This document shows positions 28,936 through 39,491 of a DNA stretch of 64,000 nucleotides, piece by piece; the first letter of the stretch is position 1; each line of letters opens with the position of its first letter. The stretch is from the IMG/VR virus record IMGVR_UViG_3300025133_000060, positions 1 through 64,000 of that record; one strand, given 5' to 3'. Origin of the DNA: a virus. Both the position numbers and the translations under genes were made by a program. The notes below the pieces were generated by a model. The model was not told the DNA's origin. It did no database searches and saw only the letters and a program-made list of their open reading frames with translations.

Positions 28936-30678
28936 TCACAACAAATGCCGCTTGAGCCACGCTGGTGCGGGTTGAATTGCTTCTCTAAACCAAGACGGCA
29001 GGAGGTGTCCGTTCAACCTGTAATATCTATCCCACGACTGGTCGAGGATGAATAGATGACCAACATCGTCAGGTGTTCTGTTGATTCGACCTGCGCCTTG
29101 AACCAGTTTGAGAGTAGTGTTCAGATTGAACCAACCTTGACAGGGTTTGGGGCAAGTGAACGAGCCACACAATCCATTGGTGTATTTGCTCGGCGGCTCA
29201 TATGGACACTTCGGTGTTCCCTCATGTTCTCTTCGCCACTCATGTTCATCCTGCTCCATTCGTTGCTTGACTTGTGGGTCGGGTGTGAATAGATAGGGAA
29301 CTTTTGAAATCACGAGCCACTCGGCCAATCTCCCCTTGAAGTCAAATCCCTCGCCGACATAGGTCGAGATGAGAACGAGGTCATCCCTCTTAGATGTGAA
29401 GAACTTATCGAGAGCGATGCCACGAGCCACGCCGTTGGAATCGTGCGAGATGACTCTATCCCCTAAGCCTTCGGCTTCGAGCCCTTCGACCAATGTCTTG
29501 CGTATCGCATGGGTGTGTGGGAGAACCACGCCTCGTTTGTTCGGCCACTTTCGCATGATGGCGGCGATGGCTTTGACCTGACGAGGGATGGACTTCTCTC
29601 GCCGAGCATATGACATCGAGCCGCATGGTGAATAGTGAACATTGAAGTTCTCCTTCGGGAATGGTGAATCGGTGATTCTCACGAACAGGGTGCGCTGGTC
29701 GGCGAGCCCCAAACCTGACAGGAATGTGTCGATGTCGAGAATTGTTGCTGACATCATGATGCGTTGTCGACTCACGGAATCCAAAATTGCTGGTGCGATT
29801 TTGTTGACTCGAACTGGTTTTGCGATGAGGATTTTGTTCCCTCGCCGGTCGGTATCGAGTTCAATAACCACATCATTGGGTTCTTCGAGAAGTTCGAGAA
29901 GCGTTGTTGTTCTCTGGATGATTGCTCTCATGTCATCAATTTTGTTGGAATCCTCATCATCCTCTGCAACGGCCAATGTCTTATTCGCCCCGTCATAGAG
30001 TCGTTGAATGTCTGCGACCCAATCGGTTGGATGATAGTGCATCGGGAATGTGGTGCGAGCCCCAAAGACTCGGTTGAAATCGGTTTGGGTGATTCGACAT
30101 TCCATCAGCCCCATGAAGAATTGTTCCATCTGGTGCGCCTCATCAATGATGGCGAAGTCTCGTTGCCCGAACGATTGGTCGGGCGACTTCACCACTCGGA
30201 ACAAATATGCTGGATTCGTGAGTGTGATTCGGGCATCAACGGCGGCGAACTTCTGTGCATAGTATGGGCATGGGTCATCGGCCTTTGTGTGTGAGCATCG
30301 CTTCTTGCCAACATAACATGGACCCTTGTCAGCAGTTCCAGTATTAACCCAACAAGCGAAGTTTGACCGGCCTTTGACTTCTTTCACAACATGGCCATAA
30401 TCACGCCTGTATTGCTCTGTGAGACCAAGCGTTGGTGTCAATAGGTATGCGGATTGGAATCGTGCTTGAACAGTCATAGCGACAGCGGATTTGCCTATTC
30501 CTGTTGGGGCCTCAAGAACGATGTTGTCGAAGTTATCATTCTCCATCGCCCAATAGATGACCGACAATGCCTCGCCTTGATATGGTCGGGGGGATGGCAT
30601 TGGAAAGTCTGGGCGAATCTGCTCCCACTCGTCTGGGAGTTCGGCACGAGACGGAATGTCAATTCTCACGACCGGCAT
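28936..30678 (-). CDS. XPD/DinG (Rad3) family SF2 helicase
   Basis: PRPYQ, EAPTGIGKS, KGRSNF.C with Fe-S Cys, IIDEAH, MSAT, EGFDF, QGAGRINR. Confidence 0.93.
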   Translation of the reverse strand: MPVVRIDIPSRAELPDEWEQIRPDFPMPSPRPYQGEALSVIYWAMENDNFDNIVLEAPTGIGKSAVAMTVQARFQSAYLLTPTLGLTEQYRRDYGHVVKEVKGRSNFACWVNTGTADKGPCYVGKKRCSHTKADDPCPYYAQKFAAVDARITLTNPAYLFRVVKSPDQSFGQRDFAIIDEAHQMEQFFMGLMECRITQTDFNRVFGARTTFPMHYHPTDWVADIQRLYDGANKTLAVAEDDEDSNKIDDMRAIIQRTTTLLELLEEPNDVVIELDTDRRGNKILIAKPVRVNKIAPAILDSVSRQRIMMSATILDIDTFLSGLGLADQRTLFVRITDSPFPKENFNVHYSPCGSMSYARREKSIPRQVKAIAAIMRKWPNKRGVVLPHTHAIRKTLVEGLEAEGLGDRVISHDSNGVARGIALDKFFTSKRDDLVLISTYVGEGFDFKGRLAEWLVISKVPYLFTPDPQVKQRMEQDEHEWRREHEGTPKCPYEPPSKYTNGLCGSFTCPKPCQGWFNLNTTLKLVQGAGRINRTPDDVGHLFILDQSWDRYYRLNGHLLPSWFREAIQPAPAWLKRHLL

Positions 30679-30699
30679 GAACACAAGGGGGGTCTCCCA

Positions 30700-30880
30700 C
30701 CTTAATCAATCAAACATACCCCTATATCCACACACACACACAATCTCTCATGTATATGTCTATCAGCACCCCTATGGGTTTGATTCATTGGCCTATCCCC
30801 CCTATGGGGGGATAATGATTCAGACGATTTGAAGCGAGAGCATCAATGGTTGATGACTCTCAAATCACAATCACAATGGT
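30700..30880. other. Candidate replication origin (non-coding; inverted and direct repeats)
   Basis: ~180 bp without an ORF; three CCCCTAT repeats, TATCCCCCC-TAT-GGGGGGATA at 30794-30814, hairpin at 30836-30861, (CA)n tract; at the head of the replication module. Confidence 0.4.
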
Positions 30881-30882
30881 GT

Positions 30883-31356
30883 TCAGTTATACCAACCGAA
30901 TGATTCCCACAATTGTTGAACATCAGCCTTTGCCTCATCGGACAGGTCGGAGTTCTCCAGATTGGATTCTGCTTCAGCAATCATTTCATCAACACCGCTG
31001 ATGAATCTGTGAGGGCGGATTGCATATCCCTTCTCCATTCCATGTTCGGAATGTTGTGGAACTCCCCATACTGTGCCTGTCCACTTGTTGGTTTGTGGGT
31101 CAACGGCTTCACGGAGTTCATTGGTTCGGCAGATGAATGTCTCGCATCCATCAATTTCATCGCCCCATGCTTGCGACCAATCGGAGAATACGGAGAAGCC
31201 ACGATAGTGGAAATTGACTTGTCCAATGTCCTCTTCTGTCGGTCGGTATTCAGTCTCGGTATGCTCTGCATACGGGTCAGGGTTTTCAGGTGTTGCGTTT
31301 ATTCTTCTATCCATTTTACTCACATTCCATTTGGTGTTCAAAGGTCTTGTTCCCAT
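30883..31356 (-). CDS. Hypothetical protein
   Basis: 157 aa ORF coupled to the kinase. Confidence 0.65.
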   Translation of the reverse strand: MGTRPLNTKWNVSKMDRRINATPENPDPYAEHTETEYRPTEEDIGQVNFHYRGFSVFSDWSQAWGDEIDGCETFICRTNELREAVDPQTNKWTGTVWGVPQHSEHGMEKGYAIRPHRFISGVDEMIAEAESNLENSDLSDEAKADVQQLWESFGWYN

Positions 31357-31829
31357 TCATTCTCAACGACTGTTGTGGTCATGGCCTGCTCTCGGCAGAT
31401 GTCGAATGCGACTTCGATGTCTTGAGCCTTCATTCGGATGACTTCTTCGGGAACCACTCGCTCTCGGCGGGAATTGCGGCCAAGAGATGTTTCAAGGTCA
31501 ACGATAACGAACACAAGTCGAGTGGTCATTCCTGCCTCTTCAGCCAGAAGCATATATCTGACCATGCGCTCGGAATTGGTTCCTGTGGAGTCATATACTG
31601 CATCGGTTGGGTTATCGAATAAGTTCATCATGCTCTTGTCGCATTCGTTCTGCGACCATGCGTGGAGTGCTTGTGGGTTCTTTGGGTCATAGTCTGGATG
31701 AGTAGCCTTGATTGAATCACAGTCGATGAACTGGTGGGTGTCAGCGAACATTTGGTTGCCGATGTGGGATTTACCAGCGGCAGGGAGTCCCATCAAGAGG
31801 ACAAGTTCGGGTTGGGTGTTGTTCGCCAT
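31338..31829 (-). CDS. P-loop kinase (zeta toxin/AAA_33/PNK-like) (class I cassette)
   Basis: LLMGLPAAGKS, IDCD, VYDSTG, RN..RER.VP. Confidence 0.82.
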   Translation of the reverse strand: MANNTQPELVLLMGLPAAGKSHIGNQMFADTHQFIDCDSIKATHPDYDPKNPQALHAWSQNECDKSMMNLFDNPTDAVYDSTGTNSERMVRYMLLAEEAGMTTRLVFVIVDLETSLGRNSRRERVVPEEVIRMKAQDIEVAFDICREQAMTTTVVENEWEQDL

Positions 31830-31937
31830 GTTTAATCGTAGCAGTTCCCCCTATATGAAGGCTTCGCAATATCAATGGTTTTAACCCCTCAAAAGGGTGT
31901 TTTTTGACTGGCCGACTCATCAAAAAAGGCTCTGCGA

Positions 31938-32354
31938 TTACCTTTTCCAGAACAAGCCGTGAATGCTTTGAACTGGTCGGCGGTCTCTGACTCGTGGGTC
32001 TGTATCAACAACGACTTCACCAGATTTGTTTAGAAGAAGGACATGGCCTTTTACTGCGACAACAAATCCAACCAAACCTGCTTCAACGGCTCGGTCGGCG
32101 ATTGCATTCTTGAATTGTGAAACGGACTTTGCTTTGAACGCAGACTTGCGAGAGCGAACGGAGAACTCGGTCATCAATGCTCTCTTCAAATCTGGGAGAG
32201 TGTGAAGGAATCGGACATTATCAGCCACACCCATCGCTTCTGCGACTTTCAAAGCGCACCAGTTTTTGTTGGGGTTCTCATCGTTGTTCGAGTTTGCTTT
32301 ATGCCAATCTCTCTCCGCCTTTGCAGAAGTGAACCACTTCGGTTGGTTGCTCAT
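31938..32354 (-). CDS. Hypothetical protein, possible papain-like Cys/His/Asp fold (class I cassette)
   Basis: N.CAL.VA...GHVLL...VDT; class I promoter upstream. Confidence 0.65.
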   Translation of the reverse strand: MSNQPKWFTSAKAERDWHKANSNNDENPNKNWCALKVAEAMGVADNVRFLHTLPDLKRALMTEFSVRSRKSAFKAKSVSQFKNAIADRAVEAGLVGFVVAVKGHVLLLNKSGEVVVDTDPRVRDRRPVQSIHGLFWKR

Positions 32355-32461
32355 ATAACTTCGGTGGGGGTTGACCCTTATAATACCTTCTGAATCTCAA
32401 TGGTTTTGTTCCGACTCTTCTGGTCGACACAGTTATCGAACTCAATATCGGCTCATTCTCC

Positions 32462-32490
32462 AAGTCTAAACCCCTTTGGGGTTTAGACTT
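32462..32490. terminator. Perfect 13-bp hairpin at the end of the tail operon
   Basis: AAGTCTAAACCCC-TTT-GGGGTTTAGACTT directly at the stop of 32490-39446. Confidence 0.7.
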
Positions 32491-35400
32491 CAACCTTCAG
32501 GATAACCGGCCAAACCTTCGCCGCCACCATCAATCGAAGTTCCGAGTTCCATTTGGATTCCGCCAGCAGATGGATAGAATACTTCTGCGCCTTTGGTGTT
32601 GGTTCGATACCACGCCAGTTCGTTGGTGAACCATCTCAAGTCAATCTCGGATGCGTCATATCCCCAGAACCGTTGGAATCTCAATTGTGGGCTGTGATGT
32701 GGAAAGTCCTCTTCACCGGCCATCGTTTGAGCCGAACCGACTGGACTCCAAGTATTGTTGACTTCATCCCATCGAAGAGAAGGAACAGATAACCATCGAA
32801 TGTTCACCGACCTAAGAGTGTTGGCGGTAGTATCGAACTCGATTGATGGAACCCAACAATGCACGAGATGTTGATGTTCACTCCCGACCGAAGAGTCCAT
32901 GTATGGAGTAATTGGCGGAGTGATACTTTTTGTCCAGTTCGGGGATTCGGCGGGTTTGATGAACCCACCAATGTATGGAACTTCGGATGCAGCGGTTTCA
33001 TCCCCTGTTGGTGTTGCCGCCCAAATGAGTGGGGATAGTGCGGATTGGCGAGCCTTCGGAACTGTCGCATCTCGATAGACTTCTCCGAATCTCCCATCAT
33101 CCGAGCCAATCATCGTGAATGACATGACAATGTGGATATTCCCTTTGCCGTCAGTAGTGAGCGAGATGTCTCGATAATTGGGATTGGTTTTGCGGAGTTC
33201 TGACACTCCATCATACACAGGACCCCGCCATAGTGTGATGTGCGCTCCAAGACCATCTGTGCTGGTGTATTGTTCCGCAAGGGTCTTGCGAGTATCAAAC
33301 ACCGAGATGAGCGTCTGGCGTGGCGCATAGGCAACGGGAGAGGACTCCCTATCGTCTTTGATGGACAACACAATTGCCCTATCCCTTTCATCAATGATGG
33401 CATCATAATAGACCACATCTTTCGTCTCCATTGGATTCTTTGAATCTGGTGGGAGTCCGACCACATGAAAGCACTTGGTTGTATCAAATGCGAATCGACC
33501 AGATGGGTCGCTGATTCGATTTGGTGATTGGCCGATGTTGCAGTATATTGCATCATAGTTTCGACTGGCATCGGCGAACGATTGAATTGGCAATCCACGA
33601 TAGAACACCACAGGAATGTTGTCGCCTCTCAACACAACCTTCGGACAATCATTGTATGTTGTATAATGTGGACCCGATGCAGGTTGATTGAGGTCGGTCT
33701 CTGCCGCATCCACAATGAGACCATTCACCACTTGATACCGATTATCGTCAGGTCGCCCCTGCAATTCTGCGTTGTCGATAGGAGTGAATGTTGGGAATGA
33801 ATCTTCGCCAGCGAGTTTTGATGTGTAGTATATTCGATTGTTCTGTGGCAATCCCGTTGAACCAACATGAGACATTGGTTGAACGAACGACAAATGAAGT
33901 CGGTCATTCCCATCTATCACAAGTGATGGGTGTCGCATATCCCACATTGTTCCACCAGCCTCAAGTCCGGTGTATGTCGCCCCGCCTTGAAGCAACACAG
34001 GTGTGTGGATTGACCAGTCCCAATCATAAATGGGGTCGGGGTTTTGAGAGGGTGATGTGCGAACCGCTTTGTGATAATAGAATCTGTGCGCTCGATGGTT
34101 TGCCGTATCGTCTGGATTCGCATGATATTCGAGAATTGCATGAATCGTTCCCGCCGAATCCGATGCAAATGCCGCACCCATCACTCGGCCTTTGTGATAT
34201 TCTGCTGGGGTCGTGAGACCTGCTCCTATCGAGTTCAATAAGGGGCCGACTTCATCCAATCCTCCGAACACAGCGGATTCATTTTGTGGTTTCATCGCCT
34301 TCTTATTCCAAAACAAATCTCCGTGAAGTGGCTTCTTGATGTGAGTCCATTGTGGCAAATTGTCTGAACCTGATTGGCAAGAACGGCGGATGAAGAATTG
34401 ATGGAGTGTGCCGTCTGGTGTTCGCAATTGTCGTTGACCCATTCCGAGATTCTGTGGGCCTGACCCACCGGCCATTACTGCTGGGCCTGACATATCGTTG
34501 CCATCCATATTCGATTGCCGTTGAATCATATACACCCCCTTCGGGTCTTGGAATCCCATCCCGACCGCCGAAGCGATTGAACCAGAATCCCACATCGGCT
34601 TCGCCGTCTGCGACACATGAACATCAACACTCGATTGTAATTGCTCGGACAAAGCCAACACATCGAGTTCATGAATCTCGTTGACTCTCGCCAACATCAA
34701 TGGTGAATATCGACTGGATTCAATCATCGCCAAGTCATAATCGGAATTGGGGAGAATCGGCATGGCCGAAGCGTGAAAGTGGTCAGTCGGATGGTCAGAC
34801 CAAAACGCCTCAAGACCGAATGAGCCACTCACGATGGGTCCGTGAACTCTTGTTCCAATGGTGTCCATTGGTGCAATTTGCGCCCCTGACACACCACCCG
34901 AACCCCAAGTGGGCTTATCCCATAGGTTCGTTCTCAAGAAGTATTGACCGGCCACAGGTCGAGCCGCATCCGGTGGCGATTCTCCACCGAGTTCAAATCC
35001 TGTGTTGAATTGTGATGCTCCCAGCAGATGAATGTTGTCGGTTCGGTGGAATGGAGTCTCCATCTCAAGTTCAATGGCGTTCTTTCCACCGGCTCTCGCT
35101 CGAACACTCACGGCTGGTGGAATTAACAAATGAATTGGAATGTTGTAGCCGACTCCACCGTGAACTTGTTTGAATACTCGGTCGACTCGATATGGGTGCA
35201 TTTTGGTTGAGATTCCATAATGCAGGGGTCCGTGATGCGACCAACCACCAACCCGACCACGCATCAACCGATGACCTTGAACCTCCGCACTCCCCCAAGA
35301 GAACACCCGACCACCGACAGTCAATGATGTCCATTCCATCGCCCCTATTGCTTCGAGTGGCGGTGGGAGATTTGGGTCCCAAGTCCGAACCAGATAGTTT

Positions 35401-38400
35401 GTTGGTTCTTCTCGCAAAGCCCTGCCATCAGATGCTTGATATTGGCTTTCATAGATGGTTGACCAATCGCTCAATAATGGGTCGAGAATCGCCGCCACAA
35501 TGTCGGCCACGCTCGACACACTCACAGGTGCGAAGATGCGTTCGTGGGGTCCAGTTCCCAATTTATACACTATCATCGAATCAAGCGTGGTTGGGAATGA
35601 TACTCCACGCAAGTCGACAAAGCGACCCACATTTGGAGCCCAGAGATTTGCGCCAGCACTATCCGAATCATCTGCGACATCTCCGAATCCTTTGAAAATT
35701 GCTTGCTCGGTAGGAGTAATGACTCCACCAACGAGTGGACTTGCATCAAGTGATTCTGGTGCATCGGAGAAGAATGTTTGGTTATCTCCATAGGATATTG
35801 GGTCGAATAAGCCTCGTGGGAATGACCAGCCTGACCAGCCGAGTTCTTGGAATGGATTCGCACCAGAACCAAAGTCAGCAAATCCAATTGTGGTTGGAAC
35901 GAACCGAGTCAATTTCACATGAGAATTGCGAATCCCCACCCACGCATCCGTGATTCTGGTGTCGTTGTCAACGAGGTCGGGGGTTGCTTTTGACATTGAC
36001 TTGGCTGTGATTATCGGTTGGATGGTTGGGAATCCAGACGAGATGCGAGCCGAGTCGCTTAGAGCAGGTGTTCCATATTCATTGATTAAGAACGGGAGAG
36101 AGCGAGGGAGATTTGCATATGACATTCGACAATCTGGGTATGAACCATAGGTGATTGGGATTGCTCTTTGACCAGACTCTTGATACCAATATGAGATTCG
36201 TGCGCCACTCCACCAAGTATCGCCGTCAGTCCATGTTTGTCGAGCGATATTTTCAATTGTTCCACCAGTTCCGATTGACACCTTCTCCCATGTGATGTCG
36301 AATAATGCTCGACCACGCTTGGCGAACCCCGTATCGGGGTCGGCTTTCGCATCGGAGAACATGAGGATGAGAGAACGGGCTTGAGTATTCGCCATCAATT
36401 TTGACCAAGTGGGATATGCCGAGAAGTTATCGCTCTTGGGTGTTGAGCCGCCAGAGCCATTGACCGGAGTGGGAACAGAACTCGATGGTTTAGCATCTCC
36501 AGATTGTGGGTCGGGTCCGAAGCCAGCCGGATAATCTGCCGACTCACCACCGATGGGAATGCACTTGCCGCCCGATTGATAATATCCGGCAGGACAACCG
36601 CCGGTGTCGAGGTCAGGATTCAAAGGATATTTGATGTCAACCGCCGGATAATCGTTCTCGGTTTTGATGTAGTCGACATGAACCGCCGCCATAACGAAGC
36701 GACCATCATCCATCGCTCTTAGACTGGAACAATGAAGCGTTGGGTGATAGATGGGCGCACTACCACCACTCGCCTTTGGATGCTTCACAGCGTTCTTCTC
36801 TTCACGACCGAGATAACGCATCATCTCAATTTGAGGCATGACCCAATCATGTATCGACCACACCGCACCATATCCCAGCGGAGTATTTGTGAGTTCACCA
36901 ATTTGAGTTCGAGTGATTGAATCACAAGTCGCCGCCGAATATGGAATCGACACACCAGAACTTGGAAACCCAGAGAGTATCGGGTTCGATAAGTATGTGC
37001 TGGAACGAGTATAGAGTGGGTCGAGAGTCGGAGAATATCGCCAAACCAACAATTCACAACCTTGCGGAATTGTAGGTGTGCCGACTCCATCTGGCCAAAC
37101 CTGACCATTCCCCCATATCCCGTAGTGAGGTTGCCCATCAACGGTTGTCGATGTTTGGCACAATTGCGTTGGGTCTATGACATCTGCACCGATGAATATC
37201 TCGCCTTTGTATTCACAAGCATCCCACACATGAGAGATGCCACCCCGCTGGAATGAACCACCGCCTTCAACCGCCGCACATAGGTCGGGGATTTTGGTGT
37301 TGGTATCAGCCAAAGCAAGTGGTCGGAATGGTGTTGCTTGGTGCAATCCCCACCCCATGTGAGCCTCACCCTCTTCAATATCAGCCCATGTGTGGCGAGG
37401 CATCACAGACATCGGGCATTCATTCTCTAATGGGTCAATTCCAAGTGCGGCTCCAGCCGTTGCATCAATGAATATCTGTTCAAGAGATGTTGGGTCGATT
37501 CGGAATATGCCGTGATAGATGGTGCATGGAATATCAGAGAAGTCGCAGTTCACAGATAGGCGAGTGCCATCGGGGTTATTCCGTTGAGTCGGTGTTCCGG
37601 TTGGTGTATTCCCCACGCTTGTGTCTGCTGTTCCATCTGGCACATGAGATTCTCGCACCACCGAGACAATGACATGATAGTCAACAAGAGGCTTGCGGAA
37701 TGTTTGACTCGCCGCCGATGGATGGTTGGCCAATTTTGCGGCTCCTGCCGACACTTCAATGTCAGTATAGCCGGTGATGACGGGAACAATCTGAACTTTG
37801 GTTGGAACTCCATCTGCAATCCATCGACCTGTCGAATATGTGGAGTCGATGAGTTCTGGTGAGTCATCGCCCTTTGTATTGGAGCCGATAATTTTGCCTG
37901 TTGTTCCTGCTCCGCCCTGCTTAATCTGGTTTGAGTTCACCAATTGATGTGGAACTCGACCCAACGGACCCACCATAGTCGGCTGGTCGGGTATGGCCGA
38001 AGTGTGCAAATCTCCAGACGAGAAGTTCCTAAACCAAGTGGCGTTGGCATTGACATCAACACCGAGAGGATGAGTAGCGGCTCGACCTGCGTGGGTTGAG
38101 AGCGCATCGAACATTGGGTCAATTCGCCCCCCATCTGACCCATACAAATATGCTGGTTGTGTTGGTGTTCCTGTTGTATAGCCGTTGCGCCTGACAGGTG
38201 TGCCGGAATTGACTTGAATGTTCAACCCCGCATATCCCTTGCTCGCATCGGCGATAGACACAGGACCCAACACTCCACCAGTATCAGTCGCTTTGGTCGG
38301 TGCGAAGAATGCGGTGGCCGTGATGACTCCTTCATATCCAATTAACCCAACCGAGTCTGCGACAACACTCGCACCCAAGTCGGCTCGACCCAGATTGGTT

Positions 38401-39446
38401 GCCGTCAACGGGGTCGCTCCTGTTCCATCATCGAATACATCATTCGTGAGAATCTGTTGAATTGTCGACCCGCCAGCAAGCGACCATTCTGAAACGGCTT
38501 CTGCCACATCTGTTGCACCCATTGTAATTGCCCCCGTCATACCATCTGGTGAACTGATGTCCTTGCCGGTCAACAGGAATGGTTGTTGTGTTCTCATGTT
38601 CACCGACCAATGCGCCGAGAAGTCAAAAGCATCGGCATCGAACTGGATTCCCGCCGCCGTTGTCATGGTGCTTTCGATTGGGGCCGACACAACAGTCGTG
38701 AGATAATTGGAATTGTGAGCATCGTGATAAATCATTCCGATTCCGTTCGAGGGAATTGCTGGAATCGAATCGTGAACAATCGCCTCAACAATTCCCCCAC
38801 CAATGAAAGTCGGTTCGGTGCAAAGTCCGATGGATGATTTTGCGACCGTAGTTCCATAGATGAAGTCATATTGAGTTCGATATTCTCCTGTGTTGGAATC
38901 CGATTCCTTCATCCACGAATGATTCGCTGGTCGAGGTGAAGCATATCGTTGGTCAGGATGGTCAGTATATTGACCACATTCCGTGATACTCAATCCAGCG
39001 AATTGAGCCGAACCTGTCAATTGAGTCGCATCCCATCTCCCCATAGACACATCTTGGCCAATCTGACCGAACAACAACGACCCACGAGTGTGGCTCATGA
39101 CGGGTGCGCTGGTGTTGATTCTCAAGCCTGTCGCTCGTGCTTCTTGATTCAAACCTGTCGGGTCCACTATCGGCCATTCGTCTTTGGCGAGATTGGTTGC
39201 CGAAGGACACACCGCTTTGGGATTGATTGTCGTTCCAGATGCGGTTGTTGCTTGAGTCGTTCGTGGTGTCCAAATGGCTTCATCAAATAACGCCATGCGA
39301 GTGGCTTGAGCATCGGCGATGTTGTCTTTGATACTATCGTTGAACACCAGCGTCAATGGGAGTCCACGAGAACCGACCGGTGGAATAGCATCAACGGTGT
39401 CCACAGGCATTCCTGTGGCGGGAGTGATTGCTGGCGCTGGCGACAC
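32490..39446 (-). CDS. Giant (2318 aa) tail/adhesin structural protein
   Basis: G/T/S/P-rich and beta-propeller-like (D..G.LH/IH repeats); last gene of the tail module; class III-like promoter. Confidence 0.7.
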   Translation of the reverse strand: MSPAPAITPATGMPVDTVDAIPPVGSRGLPLTLVFNDSIKDNIADAQATRMALFDEAIWTPRTTQATTASGTTINPKAVCPSATNLAKDEWPIVDPTGLNQEARATGLRINTSAPVMSHTRGSLLFGQIGQDVSMGRWDATQLTGSAQFAGLSITECGQYTDHPDQRYASPRPANHSWMKESDSNTGEYRTQYDFIYGTTVAKSSIGLCTEPTFIGGGIVEAIVHDSIPAIPSNGIGMIYHDAHNSNYLTTVVSAPIESTMTTAAGIQFDADAFDFSAHWSVNMRTQQPFLLTGKDISSPDGMTGAITMGATDVAEAVSEWSLAGGSTIQQILTNDVFDDGTGATPLTATNLGRADLGASVVADSVGLIGYEGVITATAFFAPTKATDTGGVLGPVSIADASKGYAGLNIQVNSGTPVRRNGYTTGTPTQPAYLYGSDGGRIDPMFDALSTHAGRAATHPLGVDVNANATWFRNFSSGDLHTSAIPDQPTMVGPLGRVPHQLVNSNQIKQGGAGTTGKIIGSNTKGDDSPELIDSTYSTGRWIADGVPTKVQIVPVITGYTDIEVSAGAAKLANHPSAASQTFRKPLVDYHVIVSVVRESHVPDGTADTSVGNTPTGTPTQRNNPDGTRLSVNCDFSDIPCTIYHGIFRIDPTSLEQIFIDATAGAALGIDPLENECPMSVMPRHTWADIEEGEAHMGWGLHQATPFRPLALADTNTKIPDLCAAVEGGGSFQRGGISHVWDACEYKGEIFIGADVIDPTQLCQTSTTVDGQPHYGIWGNGQVWPDGVGTPTIPQGCELLVWRYSPTLDPLYTRSSTYLSNPILSGFPSSGVSIPYSAATCDSITRTQIGELTNTPLGYGAVWSIHDWVMPQIEMMRYLGREEKNAVKHPKASGGSAPIYHPTLHCSSLRAMDDGRFVMAAVHVDYIKTENDYPAVDIKYPLNPDLDTGGCPAGYYQSGGKCIPIGGESADYPAGFGPDPQSGDAKPSSSVPTPVNGSGGSTPKSDNFSAYPTWSKLMANTQARSLILMFSDAKADPDTGFAKRGRALFDITWEKVSIGTGGTIENIARQTWTDGDTWWSGARISYWYQESGQRAIPITYGSYPDCRMSYANLPRSLPFLINEYGTPALSDSARISSGFPTIQPIITAKSMSKATPDLVDNDTRITDAWVGIRNSHVKLTRFVPTTIGFADFGSGANPFQELGWSGWSFPRGLFDPISYGDNQTFFSDAPESLDASPLVGGVITPTEQAIFKGFGDVADDSDSAGANLWAPNVGRFVDLRGVSFPTTLDSMIVYKLGTGPHERIFAPVSVSSVADIVAAILDPLLSDWSTIYESQYQASDGRALREEPTNYLVRTWDPNLPPPLEAIGAMEWTSLTVGGRVFSWGSAEVQGHRLMRGRVGGWSHHGPLHYGISTKMHPYRVDRVFKQVHGGVGYNIPIHLLIPPAVSVRARAGGKNAIELEMETPFHRTDNIHLLGASQFNTGFELGGESPPDAARPVAGQYFLRTNLWDKPTWGSGGVSGAQIAPMDTIGTRVHGPIVSGSFGLEAFWSDHPTDHFHASAMPILPNSDYDLAMIESSRYSPLMLARVNEIHELDVLALSEQLQSSVDVHVSQTAKPMWDSGSIASAVGMGFQDPKGVYMIQRQSNMDGNDMSGPAVMAGGSGPQNLGMGQRQLRTPDGTLHQFFIRRSCQSGSDNLPQWTHIKKPLHGDLFWNKKAMKPQNESAVFGGLDEVGPLLNSIGAGLTTPAEYHKGRVMGAAFASDSAGTIHAILEYHANPDDTANHRAHRFYYHKAVRTSPSQNPDPIYDWDWSIHTPVLLQGGATYTGLEAGGTMWDMRHPSLVIDGNDRLHLSFVQPMSHVGSTGLPQNNRIYYTSKLAGEDSFPTFTPIDNAELQGRPDDNRYQVVNGLIVDAAETDLNQPASGPHYTTYNDCPKVVLRGDNIPVVFYRGLPIQSFADASRNYDAIYCNIGQSPNRISDPSGRFAFDTTKCFHVVGLPPDSKNPMETKDVVYYDAIIDERDRAIVLSIKDDRESSPVAYAPRQTLISVFDTRKTLAEQYTSTDGLGAHITLWRGPVYDGVSELRKTNPNYRDISLTTDGKGNIHIVMSFTMIGSDDGRFGEVYRDATVPKARQSALSPLIWAATPTGDETAASEVPYIGGFIKPAESPNWTKSITPPITPYMDSSVGSEHQHLVHCWVPSIEFDTTANTLRSVNIRWLSVPSLRWDEVNNTWSPVGSAQTMAGEEDFPHHSPQLRFQRFWGYDASEIDLRWFTNELAWYRTNTKGAEVFYPSAGGIQMELGTSIDGGGEGLAGYPEG

Positions 39447-39491
39447 ATCAAATGGTCATTCGTGCCGCTTTAAGTGGTTATTGATGAAATG

